A DNA stretch of 64,000 bases from Calcarisporiella thermophila CBS 279.70. Taxonomy: Eukaryota; Fungi; Calcarisporiellomycota. Below are positions 48,901-61,343 of this stretch, piece after piece. The stretch's first letter is position 1, and every line of letters starts with the position of its first letter. Where the stretch lies: contig NW_027192210.1 of the NCBI RefSeq assembly GCF_041956535.1, forward strand, positions 380,021-444,020. Reading direction: 5' to 3'. The translations under genes and the position numbers were made by a program. Under the pieces are notes generated by a model that saw only the letters and a program-made list of their open reading frames with translations, was not told where the DNA came from and did not search any database.

Positions 48901-49996
48901 AATTTGAATAAGAGTATTGTTAACATTTAGCACCATGAAAATTTATATGTCAAACTGACCAAACCGATACTCTTCATCAGCAGTGTCCAGCCGCCAAGAA
49001 AACCCTTCATAACGAATCCAGCTATTCATATATGCGTTTTTAATAATAACTCTTGGTGACTTCAGGAAGAGCAGTGCTCACCTAAAATACACTTTATCTC
49101 TGAAATGCCAGACCCCGCTGCGTACGGAGCAAAAATTCGTACAAGGTGAGCACAAGTAGTCGCAAATAATATCTAGAAACAAAGAGAGGGGCAGTTATGA
49201 TGGGGATTGAAGCGACAGTGAATCGAAGATTTATCCAATGATTTTCTTACGGAAAAAATAACATAGAATAACCAGTTCACGATAGTAACTCCTCGTGGCA
49301 TATTAAAAGCAGAACTCCAGTCAGTCCAGTCAAGACATGAGCCATCTATCACAAGAATACTTATTAGTGATTTCTAAAAGAACGGCCACTTTCATATCGT
49401 TAGTACCTTCTTCCTCCACACCCCAGCAGCAGAATTTTTGATTTAACCACCATCCAGTTGAACAGTAACCAAGTTTTATGTCTGATAACCATTCTGTGAT
49501 AATTGCAATTATTGCGGAATTGATCCCTATTAGAGTGCCTAGACGGAGAAGCGAGAAGTGTGAGCATATTGAATGAGAATGTCCTCCACCCATTTCTCAC
49601 TCACCCACGATGGATACAACTATCCAAGCTTGACCGGCTTCATATGATTTACGTATATATGACCGCCACGAATTGTCTTGTTGGCGATAAAATGCTGATA
49701 CACGCCATCTCTCTTTAATCGCATCCTGCACCCAGTCTAAAAGAAAATGGAATTAGAAAATTCTAAAATGCCCTTTATAAAAATGCACTTCTAACCTGTT
49801 GTTGTAAAATCTTCGTAACGCTTAATTTCTTCCAGCTCACGGTCAATCCGCTCACGTAGCCCCGCTCGGTTAGAGAAAGACGTGGATCTGGAGCAGAAAT
49901 AATGTGTGAAACCCAACGTTGCAGTTTTACTTTGAAAACGCTACTCTCATACCTTGTTTGCGAATTTGTTAGTGTTTGCTCTTCTGTTCGTGTCAT
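45962..49996 (-). CDS. GEF1: CLC chloride channel/transporter (Gef1/ClC-3-like), many exons
   Basis: [44 protein letters not shown]-terminal CBS domains. Confidence 0.93.
47075..47146 (-). other. U12-type AT-AC intron in the CLC gene
   Basis: Minus strand: 5' ATATCCTTTT, branch site TCCTTAAC about 13 nt from the end, 3' TTTTAC; removal gives the in-frame [17 protein letters not shown]. Confidence 0.88.
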
Positions 49997-50265
49997 TATG
50001 GGGCATAATTAATTGAAATAACTCTCTGCAGAATCTCTCCATCAATAAGACTTTTCAAATAATTTCAGAATATCTGATTGACTGCATACTATTTTCGGTA
50101 GAGTTTGATTTCACTTAAAAGCAAGTTAAAAACAGATAATTATTATCACTAATGGGTCCCAATGCAGAAGGCAAACTAGCAGAGCAGCAAAAAAAAATAT
50201 TTATATATATTTTACTTTATGAATTCCCCAATAAAAAATAAAAGGAAATAAGCTCCAAATATCAT

Positions 50266-51020
50266 CTACTCAGATTTCTCCGGTTGCTTCTCCTTTTCCT
50301 CCTCCTTTTCCTCCTCCATTTCCTCCTCCTCTTCCTCTTCTTCCTCCTCCTCTTCCTCTTCTTCCTCCTCTCCACCTAGATCAGGCTCTCCCAATCCACC
50401 CCCTTGCTGCATAAGATCTGAGAAGTCCATACCGGCGAAATCGTTCTTGCCGCCGAATTCTTCCTCTTCATCATCGTCCTCATCCCTCCACCTATCGAAA
50501 TCGGTGCGCAGGAAAGAAAGCTTTCCTGGCTGTTTCTGAAGGCGTTGCCAGTAAGGCTTTCCTTCTTCTTTCTTCTTGATGAGAAGGAAGATATCGCGGG
50601 CATTAACAGATTTCTTCGAGATCTGCAATTGAGAAAAAAAAAGTACATATAGTTCAACATCTTCGATGAAGCGGATTTTTGTTTCATAAAACCGATAGAT
50701 ATATACCTCAGGATTAACTTCGGAGAAAAATTCAATTTCAAACTCGTACTCTTTATGGCTGTCCCCGGCGACTCCCTTGAAAGAGAGCTTCGTTGGCGTC
50801 AGATCAATCTGTGGATTCTCCGCCTCTTGAATCTGAATCGTTATATAGAGTTCATTTTGTCGCTGTGCCCAAAGTACCTCGGGGTGAAGTGTTTTGCTAT
50901 ATATGTACAGTATTAATCAATAAGCTCTTCGAAGAGAGAAAATATCATCAAATAAAATGATCTCCATCAAGGGATTCAAAAACGCGTTTTTCTTAGTAAA
51001 TGAGTAATTTACCTAGCCAT
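50266..51020 (-). CDS. SBA1: Hsp90 co-chaperone p23 (Sba1/Wos2)
   Basis: HPEVLWAQRQNELYITI...YWQRLQK...FLRTDFDRWRDEDD, followed by a long acidic tail. Confidence 0.93.
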
Positions 51021-51158
51021 ATTTCTTCAATCAAGCTTGAGGTGGTCGCAAAATAAAAGCTGGAAGTATGCAAAAAGCAACAAGAGCAAAAGGTGATAAA
51101 CAAGAAGAAAAAAAAAGTACGAGGGAAAAAGACCAAAAAGTTTCGCGAGTGTTCTTTA

Positions 51159-51168
51159 GTGACGTCAC
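51159..51168. promoter_or_regulatory. Palindromic CRE/ATF-type site GTGACGTCAC in the SBA1/ESF2 divergent promoter
   Basis: Same perfect 10-bp palindrome as at 10710, inside a 218-bp head-to-head intergenic region. Confidence 0.5.
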
Positions 51169-51238
51169 AGAAATTCATGACTGTCTTTGATAAATAAACA
51201 GTTAGAAAACTTACTAGATTCTTCGTTTTCATTCTACG

Positions 51239-52289
51239 ATGGATTTCCACGGCTTGTCAAAAGAGGAGGAAGAAGAGAGAATCACAGATCTAGAGGAAGA
51301 AGAGGAAAATGAAAGCAAGATAAAGTCTGTAAAATCCCGGCATTCTCCCGCTGAGGAGGAGAGTGAAAGCGAGAGTGAGGAGGATAATGAGAGTGACTCA
51401 GAAGAGAAGAAAGAGGCGAACACAACGGCAGAAGAAGCATCAGCCAAACCCAAGAAGAAGGGGAAGAAAAAAGTTAAACCTCTTACCCCTGAGGAACTTG
51501 CTAAGTGGCAGGAAGAGCAAAATCGAACAGGCATTGTTTATATTTCAAGAGTACCTCCTTTCATGAAACCGCAAAAAATCCGACAACTATTATCGCAATA
51601 TGGAGAGATAGGCCGAGTGTATTTAGCCCCAGAAGGTAGATAAGCAGTGGATAACATCCACCTATTCGTAGTAGCCTTTACTTATGCATTTGCTGTAGAT
51701 CCTAAAATTGCTAAACGACGGAAAAAATACGGTGGCAACAAGAAGAAAAACTTCGACGAAGGCTGGGTAGAGTTCAAGGATAAACGTATTGCAAAGCTGG
51801 TTGCAAAAACGCTTAATACACAACCGATGGGAGGGAGTAAACGGGGTTTCTATCACGACGATTTATGGAATATAAAATACCTGCCTAAGTTCAAGTGGCA
51901 TCACCTCACTGAACAGATTGGTGATTATCCTTTTGATCCGTGTGCTTTAACTTAACATCATCTAATATATGCTTATTATAGCTTATGAGAATGCCGCCAG
52001 ACAACAACGTCTCCGTGCAGAAATAGCTCAAGCAAAGAGAGAAAATCAAGCCTATATTCAGAACGTGGAGAGAGCTAAGATGGTGAAGAGCATGGAGGAG
52101 CGTGACGCAAAACGAAAAACAAAACGTAAAGCTCCAGAAGAAGAGACGGAAGAGAAAAAGCGAACAAATGATGAAATTCGACGAAGCTTCAAGCAGCGCA
52201 AAATTATTGATCGAGAAGCCAAGGTCGAGAAGGAGACAGAGTCGCCAATTGCTCCAGAAATGAAGAATATCTTGAGCAAAGTGTTTTAA
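51239..52289 (+). CDS. ESF2: Pre-rRNA processing protein Esf2/ABT1 (RRM)
   Basis: [72 protein letters not shown]. Confidence 0.95.
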
Positions 52290-52517
52290 AACTAATTCCG
52301 TTGTATTTTTTTCCCCCTTCATTGTGCATTTCTTTTTCTTGTCTAATTTAATCAAAAGGACTATTCATAATAGAACGAGAAAAACAATCTTCTCCTAATG
52401 TTATTCCAAGAATGAAAACAAGTCGAATTATATACATTTACATCAGTTAGTAGTGAAAATAAAAAGAAATAGATATTGATCAAAGTATAGTGTTCTTGAA
52501 ATAATTAAACCTATCAT

Positions 52518-53068
52518 TCAGCTGCAACTCAGGCAATTTACCTGTTCCTCGCGAGCATCGTAGCTAATGTTAAGACATAATGGCAGAAAATTAATCATGA
52601 AATTCCTGTCCTAACCAAAATCAAGCCTTCACCTTATTGTAGAACATACTCCACAGTAGCTTCCTTGACACTTCACACACATATTCAAGCACCGCGAACA
52701 AACAGGGTGCTCGCAGAAATCGCAACGTCTCAAAGAACAACCCGCACAGCGACATCGATAACATGCACCTATCCATGGCTGGATCCCCTCTCCCTTCCAG
52801 CCTTCAGCTATTGCTTTTCCCTTATTTTTACTGTGTAAACCAGCAGGAAAAGACTGTGAGCCTTCATCCTGATGAGCTATTTGACGTTGGCCATCAAACA
52901 GGAGGCGATTTGTGCGAGCTGTCGAAGGAGAAATCATTAGGGATTTTTTCTTAAATGTACTAGAATACGAAATATACCATATATACTCGGCCAATCGAAC
53001 TCAAAGCGACCCTTTTGCTTATTCAATGGGCAGATTTCATCGAAAGGGTTTTTACGTTTACCTGGCAT
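52518..53068 (-). CDS. SIVA1: Siva-like (CD27-binding/apoptosis regulator family) zinc-finger protein, 140 aa, 3 exons
   Basis: Exons 53068-52978, 52918-52633 and 52563-52518 give MPGKRKNPFDEICPL...YARTNRLLFDGQ...CDFCEHPVCSRCLNMCVKCQGSYCGVCSTISYDAREEQVNCLSCS, matching the recalled Siva pattern MPKRxCPF...KTKRLLFLG...CxxCExxxCxxCxxxCxxCxxxxCxxC...VxCxSC. Confidence 0.78.
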
Positions 53069-53177
53069 GCTAACCATTATTATTAGAAACTAAATAAAAC
53101 AGTTTAAAAAAACGAGGAAAATTTTCGATTTAATCTACACGAATTAAATATGGGTAATCAATGAGCGCAAAAAAAAA

Positions 53178-53215
53178 ACGCGTTACTAAGCCCAAATAAT
53201 TTAACAATAACGCGT
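53178..53215. promoter_or_regulatory. Two MCB-like elements (AACGCGTT) in the Siva-like/PSF2 divergent promoter
   Basis: ACGCGT at 53178-53183 and 53210-53215 in an otherwise very AT-rich 220-bp spacer upstream of a DNA replication gene. Confidence 0.6.
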
Positions 53216-53288
53216 TGAAAATACGATATATTGGCCTTTAACGTATATCAATACGTTTTACTTTGATCCCAGGGAAAAATAAAGTAGT

Positions 53289-54161
53289 ATGTTGCCACCA
53301 GCATTACGGCATGGGTTCTCACCTTATGAGATCGAATTCCTGGCTGAAAATGAGTTAATTGACATACTCCCCTCTTATAAAATGGATCCATTACATCTGA
53401 TCTGTGTAATTCAATTGCTTTACTATATTTTTTGGATGTTAACCGCATTATAACCAGCATCATATTTTTTTGGCTTATAGGGAACCTATGGACCTTTTCA
53501 GCCCCCTAAACGCACCCAGGTACCACTATGGCTTGCCTTGACACTGAAAAAACATCAAAAGTGCTCAATTATCCCTCCAGAATGGCTCACGATAGGTAAC
53601 AGGCGAACTCTATTCTATCTCGTTTAATGTGGCCTCACGGTGTTTTATTTTAGAATATTTAGAAAAGACCCTTGAAGAGGAGCGAGAGCATAGCGATAGA
53701 TTTAGCGAGATGCCATATCGATATATGGAAACGGCCCATCTTCTGCTCGAAAGGTATACATACCTTGTCCTCGCCTATACCTATTACTCATATTCTTTCA
53801 CTAGTGCGACAGATGATATTCAGGATGTCAATGAAATTCGGGCCCTGCTCAAAGACTTACGCGAAGCACGACAAGTGAAAGTTCGCGAGGGTATGCTTGC
53901 ACTCGAACCAACCTATATTCAGGTAAACAAACCCTCTGCCTTTTTTATTTCAGCTCTTCCCTCTGCGTAAATAAAATATAACAATCTTTATTTCAAAAGA
54001 TGGACAATCTCAGCCTAATGGAAATTAACGAGATTCGACCGCTCTTCGCTCAGGCATTTAACGATCTTCACCGGCTGACTCGCAGCATGGAGGAGGATAT
54101 CGACATGTCAGATGCACACATGCCCTCTAGTTCAGCTATTAACAGCTCTCAAAACATTTAA
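53289..54161 (+). CDS. PSF2: GINS complex subunit Psf2
   Basis: [28 protein letters not shown]...[46 protein letters not shown]. Confidence 0.95.
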
Positions 54162-54350
54162 ATTTTAAATAATTTTTGTATTATATCTGCAAATTCTATC
54201 TCCCTTTTCTTGCTCTATTGACACTATATAATAATCAACCGCAGGTACTCCTTTGTACATTTTATGGAAAAATAGCGAAATAGAAGCAAAAAGTACCAAT
54301 CAATGCTATAGCCTTCTAATCAAATTGCATTTTTATTCTTGTAAATGGGA

Positions 54351-55537
54351 TTAAGAGTTAACGTTGAGGAGGGGAATGGAGGGTCCGCGGGTTGAGCTAA
54401 TAAACACTTTCATAATAAAACCTAAGCAAAGGGTGAGAGGAAGTAAGTTTCGACCCGAACCATTTAAGCAATAGGAGTAACTAATCGAACAAACGGTAGT
54501 GTACCTTTTTTATCTTGAGCCTTTCCGATAGCTCGAACTTCCTCCAAAATTGCATTAACATTATCTAACATAAACATTGTCAAAATTAGTTTTAGAATCC
54601 TCTTAGCAGTTGGAGTTGCTAAGTGATCTACCTTGGATATCTTGGAAAGCAAATCCGACTCTAGCAATGGCCGTATGTACGATGCCCGTTTTATCAGAAC
54701 GGAAATCAAACGATGACTGTGAGAATTTAACTGCTCCTGCAATATCCTCTGTGACAGTTCCTGTTATTATATAATAGCAATAAAAAAAAAGAAAAATTAG
54801 TTCTATGTAAGTACTTTAGCTTTTTTTTCAGCTACAGTACCTTTCTTTACTGTTGGCATTAATCCCCTTGGGCCAAGTATCCGTGCGATTTTCTGGACCG
54901 AAGGAAGAAGATCAGGGGTAGCTATGCATTTATCAAAATCTAGTTTTCCGCTTTTGATCTAAATAAAAAGAAAACATTAATCATGAACCCAGCTCAATCA
55001 CAAATATAAAGAAATCCACTAACCTCCTCAATTAACTCTGAGCCTCCAACAATTTGAGCACCAGCTTGCTTCGCCTCCTCTGCCTTTTTACCCTCGGCAA
55101 ACACAAGAATCCTTGTCTCATCTGTCACGCTCTTTGGAAGTGTTAATGCAGATCGGATTGGCTGCGATTGTTTATCCCATTTGCATTGAATGTGCAATTC
55201 TATACGGTGCCCGGGGTTGCCTACCTCATAAGCCTAGGAGTGAAATAGAATAATTAGGGATTCAATCTTAAGCAATTTTGGAACATATGCAGCTTACCTT
55301 AATTACATTAACAGCATCCTCTAGTGGTATCTCATTGGGATCTCGAGTCTTCAGCTTCTTCTTAGTTGCATAGCCGCGCGTAGATAGAAGCATCTACCAA
55401 AGCCATAACTTTCAATTTATCCATTCAAAATGTGTAGAAAGATCTGGACTAACCGGAGGTAAAGCATTGTGTGCTATTTGTTTCCGTGCGAGTGCATGTA
55501 GAGATGCAACGTTAACTGATCTCAGTTGTGAGAACAT
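54351..55537 (-). CDS. MRPL1: Mitochondrial ribosomal protein uL1m
   Basis: Presequence, then [32 protein letters not shown]...[30 protein letters not shown]. Confidence 0.9.
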
Positions 55538-55836
55538 ATTTGAGTAATCGTATATTTTTTGACCTTGATTAAATTATTCGAAATTATGTTTACAAAGAAT
55601 AAATTGCTGCGGAATCACAGTCGCAATTCCAGAGTAATAATTACCCCTTGCAATACTGTATTGAGAGCAGGTCATAGAGTTCAGGTCAGCAATCGCCAGC
55701 ACTCCTCGCGTCACCAATGAATTGAGCATCTTTACAACCTGGAAAACCGTTAAAAGGATGGGACGTAGGTTTAATTTATCTATATTTTAATGGTATTGTT
55801 TATACACGAAATAATAATAAAAATCATGGAAATATT

Positions 55837-56601
55837 CTATAAAATCTGCGAAGGAGGTCCATACACTTCACGACATCGATCTTCGAAAGCTTGAACCATG
55901 CTTTTGCTAACCTGGTCGTGAAAAAGCGTCGAGACCTGGGTGTAAAATGAATTGGCAAACTCAAAAAGGATATGGAATTGTAGTTGGCAACTCCGGAAAT
56001 TAGCAGGATCCGTAACATTAGTGGAAGCGGCAGGAATGTTAGGCGTGAATCTCCATACCGTGGCCAGCTGCCGAAACAGAGAGGTATCCTTTGAGACAGC
56101 CTAGATGCCAAGCTTTAGAAAATGGCCCTGCAGATAAAGACAATACAATAATTTGATCATACCATCACCATATTATATTTTTCGCATGTAACCTCCGAGA
56201 CATAACGCTCTTTAAGAGCCCCAAACCCGATGCCTAGCTCGGCATGGAGGATTTGGCGATTTCCACTGCTATTGAGATTTCGAGTAGAGAGTATCATTGA
56301 GTCAGTGCACCATGGAACAAAGAGCCGGTAATCATCAATGTTGGAAACCACATCATATAGCTGCTTTTGTGAATAGCTTTGAGAGCAGAACAGATGCATG
56401 TCAGCACTATGGAGAATGACCCCAATTATTACAATGGCATTACCCAAGGATTTTCTTCTCCGAATGCTCTTTAGGAGAGGTTTCGCCAAATTGTCGCAGC
56501 GGATTGGGAAGTTCAGGGAGATTCGGCAACCCAAAGAAGGAACGTGCAACACCCACATTAAGTCGTGGTGGCGATATTCTCCTAAGAGCAAATCCAACCA
56601 T
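55837..56601 (-). CDS. COQ10: Coenzyme Q-binding START-domain protein Coq10
   Basis: RSFF presequence junction, YSQKQLYDVVSNIDDYRLFVPWCTDS, AELGIGF...ERYVSEV, FDQVSKSMVQAFEDRC. Confidence 0.9.
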
Positions 56602-57202
56602 CAAGCCTATACAGGAACGGTTCACAACAAAACTTCAATTTGTAAGTACTATTTACTCGTGATTTGTGGCTTACCGATCAAGGATTCGAGCGCATTTCAA
56701 TGTAGTTGAATAATACTTAGGGATAAGATTCTTCTGGTAAAATTACTCTGGGATAAGAGCAAGCATTTATCACCATCGAGAAGTCCAGATTTGCAAGAGC
56801 AAATATAACTAAAACATATATTCTATTTGCTAGGTTTCTCCCAGGCTTCTCATAATACAATAGAATAAAATGAAGTATGCCGTTTAACATGCTGTGGTAA
56901 GAAAGGAAGGGAAACTATACTCGACTTTGTGGGCACTCTAAATTACTGTTTAATGGAGGTACATCTTTTGTTCTACTTCTTTTTTTGGAGGTGTGATCAT
57001 CGTATATACAGGGGGGGAACAGCCGAGCAAAGAGCATATAAATAATTTCTATGTGTGAATTGGAGGCCAAGAGATTTTACGGCGTGTGAAAATGGAATTA
57101 TTGAGATTAGCCTTTTTTAACGCAATCTTATATACCCTAGCCTCGGCGTGGGATTTAAATATACTCTTCAACTTTTGGACTCTCCATACAGCTAATAGCA
57201 AA

Positions 57203-58007
57203 ATGCCACTCGTAACCATGTCGCAAGCAGCAACCGGTGTGCTGAAAAAGGATGGTGTTATCCCGGACGGTAGCTTGTCATTGGGGCTGATTTTTTTATA
57301 TATCGAAATGAAACCATTTATTTCTTATTTCTTTTCAATCCAGTCATCGATGAATTCAACGCGTCTACTTTACTGACTATTGCTTATGGTGATCATGAAG
57401 TGATCCCGGGAGCCAAATTCACCACTGCTGGTAAAATTGTATGAAGCCAAACATTCTTTTACCCCCCACTAATTATACTTGTATTCCTTAGAGACTCAAT
57501 CCGCCCCCAAAGTGACTTTTCACCCGGAAGAAGACGTCAAGTATACTCTGGCAATGGTAATTTCAATTAACCAAGACCAAAATTGAAACCATGGCTTGAT
57601 TATTCAGTGTATACTTAGACCGATCCCGATGCTCCCTCAAGAGAAAATCCAAAATCCAGAGAATTTCGCCACTGGGTTATCACAGATATTCAAGGTGAGA
57701 TCTATCTTTTTCCTGGGCAGACCTCAGCTCAACAGCGCTAAACACCTTTTCACTAGCGTCCGATGCAGAACATGACGCAAGTAAGAATGCTCGCACTTTA
57801 TCCGCGTACTATCCCCCCAGCCCACCCGCTGGCACCGGCCCACATCGCTACTGCTTCTTGCTCTGGAAGCAGACCATGCCTGAAACGAAATTTGCCCCTC
57901 TCTCGGATGAAGCTAGCGGGCGCAGAAACTGGAGTGCCAGGAAGTTCGCTAAAGAAAATGGGCTAGAACTCGTTGCAGCCACCTTCTTTAACTGTGAGCA
58001 TGCTTAG
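57203..58007 (+). CDS. Phosphatidylethanolamine-binding protein (PEBP/Tfs1-like)
   Basis: [56 protein letters not shown]. Confidence 0.9.
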
Positions 58008-58925
58008 ATAGGATAAATATTCATAGTGAATGTAAATTGGATCAGTTAGCGAAATAGATAAAGTGATCGGCCCCATGCCATATTTTGTGCCATTCAATTT
58101 GACTCTTATCAACTTAGTTTTTTTTGCTCGGCTCCATCTTAAGAATATTAGTGAAGATCCTTACCAACCTATATCTATAGTGAAAATGCACGCACTAAAA
58201 ATGGTTCTCGCTCATATAATCTTTCTCTGATAATTTGCCTCCTATTAAGTAGCTGCTAATGCCATTTCTACAGCGATTTTCCTGAATGAGGCATCAAACA
58301 TCAATCACCTCAAGTTTAAAATGGGTGAGAACCCAAGAAATATTATATCATGTATCAAAGTACACAAGGTTGAATTGCCATCATCTTTCAAGACAATATG
58401 CCATTCGTTTTTTTTGATACGAAAACAAATGCTAAAAACACCGGCAAACTTCTAGAAAGAAGAATTTAAAAGCAGGTGTACGCCGTCTTCCTTCACCATT
58501 CTTGATGGCTGACATAAAGAAAAGATTCTTCGCAACAAAGGTAGTGGCCCTCGATTCTGATCATGAATCAAATATTCGTATAGATATCATATTCATTGAA
58601 ATTTGTTTCCTATGGCCATATATGAGAACTCGTCAGAGTTGTACAACAAAGTTCTTTAGCCCAGAAACATGGTTTGTTCTTAGGTGATGTGTAGAAGCGA
58701 GCAGAGAGGGAAAATGGAAATACTTGCACGCTTACAATATACACCTGTGGAAAAGTACAAAGAAACCAGGATGGTCGCTGCATCTACGATTTATATATTG
58801 TAAATATTGTCGACGTAACTGTGACTGTTTGCATTTTGGGAAATTAGAATTGAAGATTGAATAGTTCATGGGAGAATAAATGTACAATCTATATAATCCT
58901 ATGTAAAAAACATGATATGCTCAAG

Positions 58926-60257
58926 CTAAGCAGCCGCCTTTGCCTTCACTCCGTTTCCGTTTCCTTTAGACTTTTCACTCTCGAAATAGAGATCTTTTGT
59001 TTTCTCTGCGACGACACTTGCTTGAGTGCGCAAGTCGAAGTCTTTGGTTTGGATCAGGACATCACTCATTAGATGGTTTGAGTCGCGGTGAAGAGCTTCA
59101 TCTGAGCGGACCGCAAGCACAACGTCGTGAAGAGTTGCGTCTGGATGGAGATTCCAGTAGTCTGATAGAAAAGGCAACGTTGGTATTAATAAAGAGGAAG
59201 CTATTATCGAAATACAAATCCATACCAATAGCTATCTTGGGGGCGGGTCCATTTTTCACCTTGCCTAGCTTGTAGTCCCTAATCCAGTGAGAATAACTAA
59301 TGACTGCTTCTTCCTCCAGGTACCCAGCTATTCAAACAACATAAGAGAGGATGAGGTTATATTTCAAAGTTGCTAGTATGGGGGAGCAGGGGAGAGCTTA
59401 CTGAAGCGGTGTGCAAACTTTGGAGATATGAGATAGGTTAGGAAGTACGTGTTGAAGAAGACGCCCTGTGCGGCGAAAATGAGCATGCGGTAGAAGAAGT
59501 TCGGCTGAAGTACCTTCATCCTAAAATAAAAGATCACGAAGTATGAGTGATTCGTTCGAGGGGAATGAAGGGAAATATATGGAGATATACCAAGTCATAA
59601 GATGCATGCGCTCGTTTTCGGCTTCGTGTAGAAGGTGTAGAATCCAACCTCCATCGTGTTGAAGGTTGCGTAGACTACGAAGATGTCTTACCATACCGCC
59701 GACCTAAAAACAAAGTAAAGTCTTAAGCACAAAGAAACCCCGCTTTCTCCGTGGGAGTCGTACGCACCATTCCGGGCACAGCCGCTATAGTCTCGAGGAA
59801 TACAAAGCGTAGATAGTGGTTGTTGTGAAAAAGCGTATCTGGAAAGACGCGCAATATCTTGGCTGAAAATAAAAATCGAGTTAACGATGCATTCGAACTA
59901 GGCAATTATAGCATTGTCTAACAGGATACCTGAGTAGTATGCAATTTTATCTGATAAGCCTGACGCCTTCCTATGCCTTCCCAGCCCAATATCGATTTCC
60001 TCCAAATCCTTTGTAGTTAGAGGCTCATGGGTAAACACAGAACGCATGGGGCGTGGAGCTTCTGCGATTTCATGGAGGATATCAGCTGGGATCTTGAATT
60101 CCGTGGTCTCTTTGGGAGCCGCTTGAGAGGCAGCGAATTTTCGCAGTGGTGTTGTTGAAAAGGCACGGAGAGCATTCCGGGTAGCTAGAATGCGCGTAGC
60201 GTGCGCAAAATTAGAGCGATAAAGAAGAGGTCGAATATGATGAAGAGTGGGTTGCAT
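58926..60257 (-). CDS. AOX1: Mitochondrial alternative oxidase
   Basis: [57 protein letters not shown] (di-iron ligands); N-terminal presequence. Confidence 0.96.
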
Positions 60258-60603
60258 GGGTCGCAAAGTTAATTCAGACTGTTTGTTGAACTGATAAAGA
60301 GCGAGGGGGGGGGTGAGAGATTTTAATATATATACCAGATCGGCTCCCGGCCGGGATAGAACGCGGGAAATTTTGTCCCGGAAATTTTCGCCTGGTTGAG
60401 TCAGGCTACTGGAGCTATATGATGTGTCATGGATTTGAATTAACAAAACTAGAAGTATGAATAGAAATTTGCAGGTAATATCCGGAGCCAGGCGAATCAC
60501 ACAATCGCTATTTTCAGCAGAGGGTGTTATGACGCTAGATTGACCGGCTGGTTACTAAAAATACTATACTGAATATATTGGTCCCTATATACACCTTCCC
60601 ATC

Positions 60604-61343
60604 ATGGACCCAGCATCCACCACAACTGCATCTAAATCAGGCTTCTCCTTTCCACCTATACACAATTTCCCACCATTCTACACGTAATATTATGATTTGC
60701 TGCAATCTTGTGCAATTATCAAAATTATTTTATTTACTCACCCGTCCCATTCCAATTACATTAGTCGCCAGCCCACTACCTCCACATGGGATCATCAGTC
60801 GCGCCTCTGGGCCCAAATCATCCTTACCCATCATCGTTACCATCGCCTATATCGCCTAGATCTTGCAGAGTCGCTCCATACCTCTCTCTTCTCAAATCGT
60901 TCTATCAAGCGTGAATTAAAGATGGAAATGCTAAGAGAGATTCTAGATTGCATGGTCGAAAGAGAAGAGGCAGAGTGGGTAGATAATGGAAAAGCACAGG
61001 CATTAATTTATTGGAGAAAGCCCGCCGATTGGGCCACACTGATCTATCAATGGGTAACATTTCATTAGTGCGATGCATCCTAATCTTGTATTCGAAATGG
61101 AAAATTCTAATTCCGATCCTTGCCGATACATTCACCTAGGTATGTGACAATGGGCTCAATAATTCCATCCTCACGGCATATGAGATCGCCCAGGGTGAAA
61201 ACACGGAAAAGGCCGAGTTCCATGGGATTGACCCGCTGGTGCTTCGGCGAGCGCTAGCTGTTCTCGAGCAGCGAGGAGTTGCACAGACTTTTCAGGGTAG
61301 CGAGCCAGAAGATTTAGGAGTGAAGTTCTTTGGGAATTCCTGA
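60604..61343 (+). CDS. VPS25: ESCRT-II subunit Vps25
   Basis: FSFPPIHNFPPFYTRQP...LFSNRSIKREL...IYWRKPADWA...LTAYEI...EFHGID...GVKFF. Confidence 0.94.

Noticed and set aside
50291-50375. Purine-rich GAG/GAA microsatellite-like tract
   Set aside because: Simply encodes the acidic tail typical of p23/Sba1
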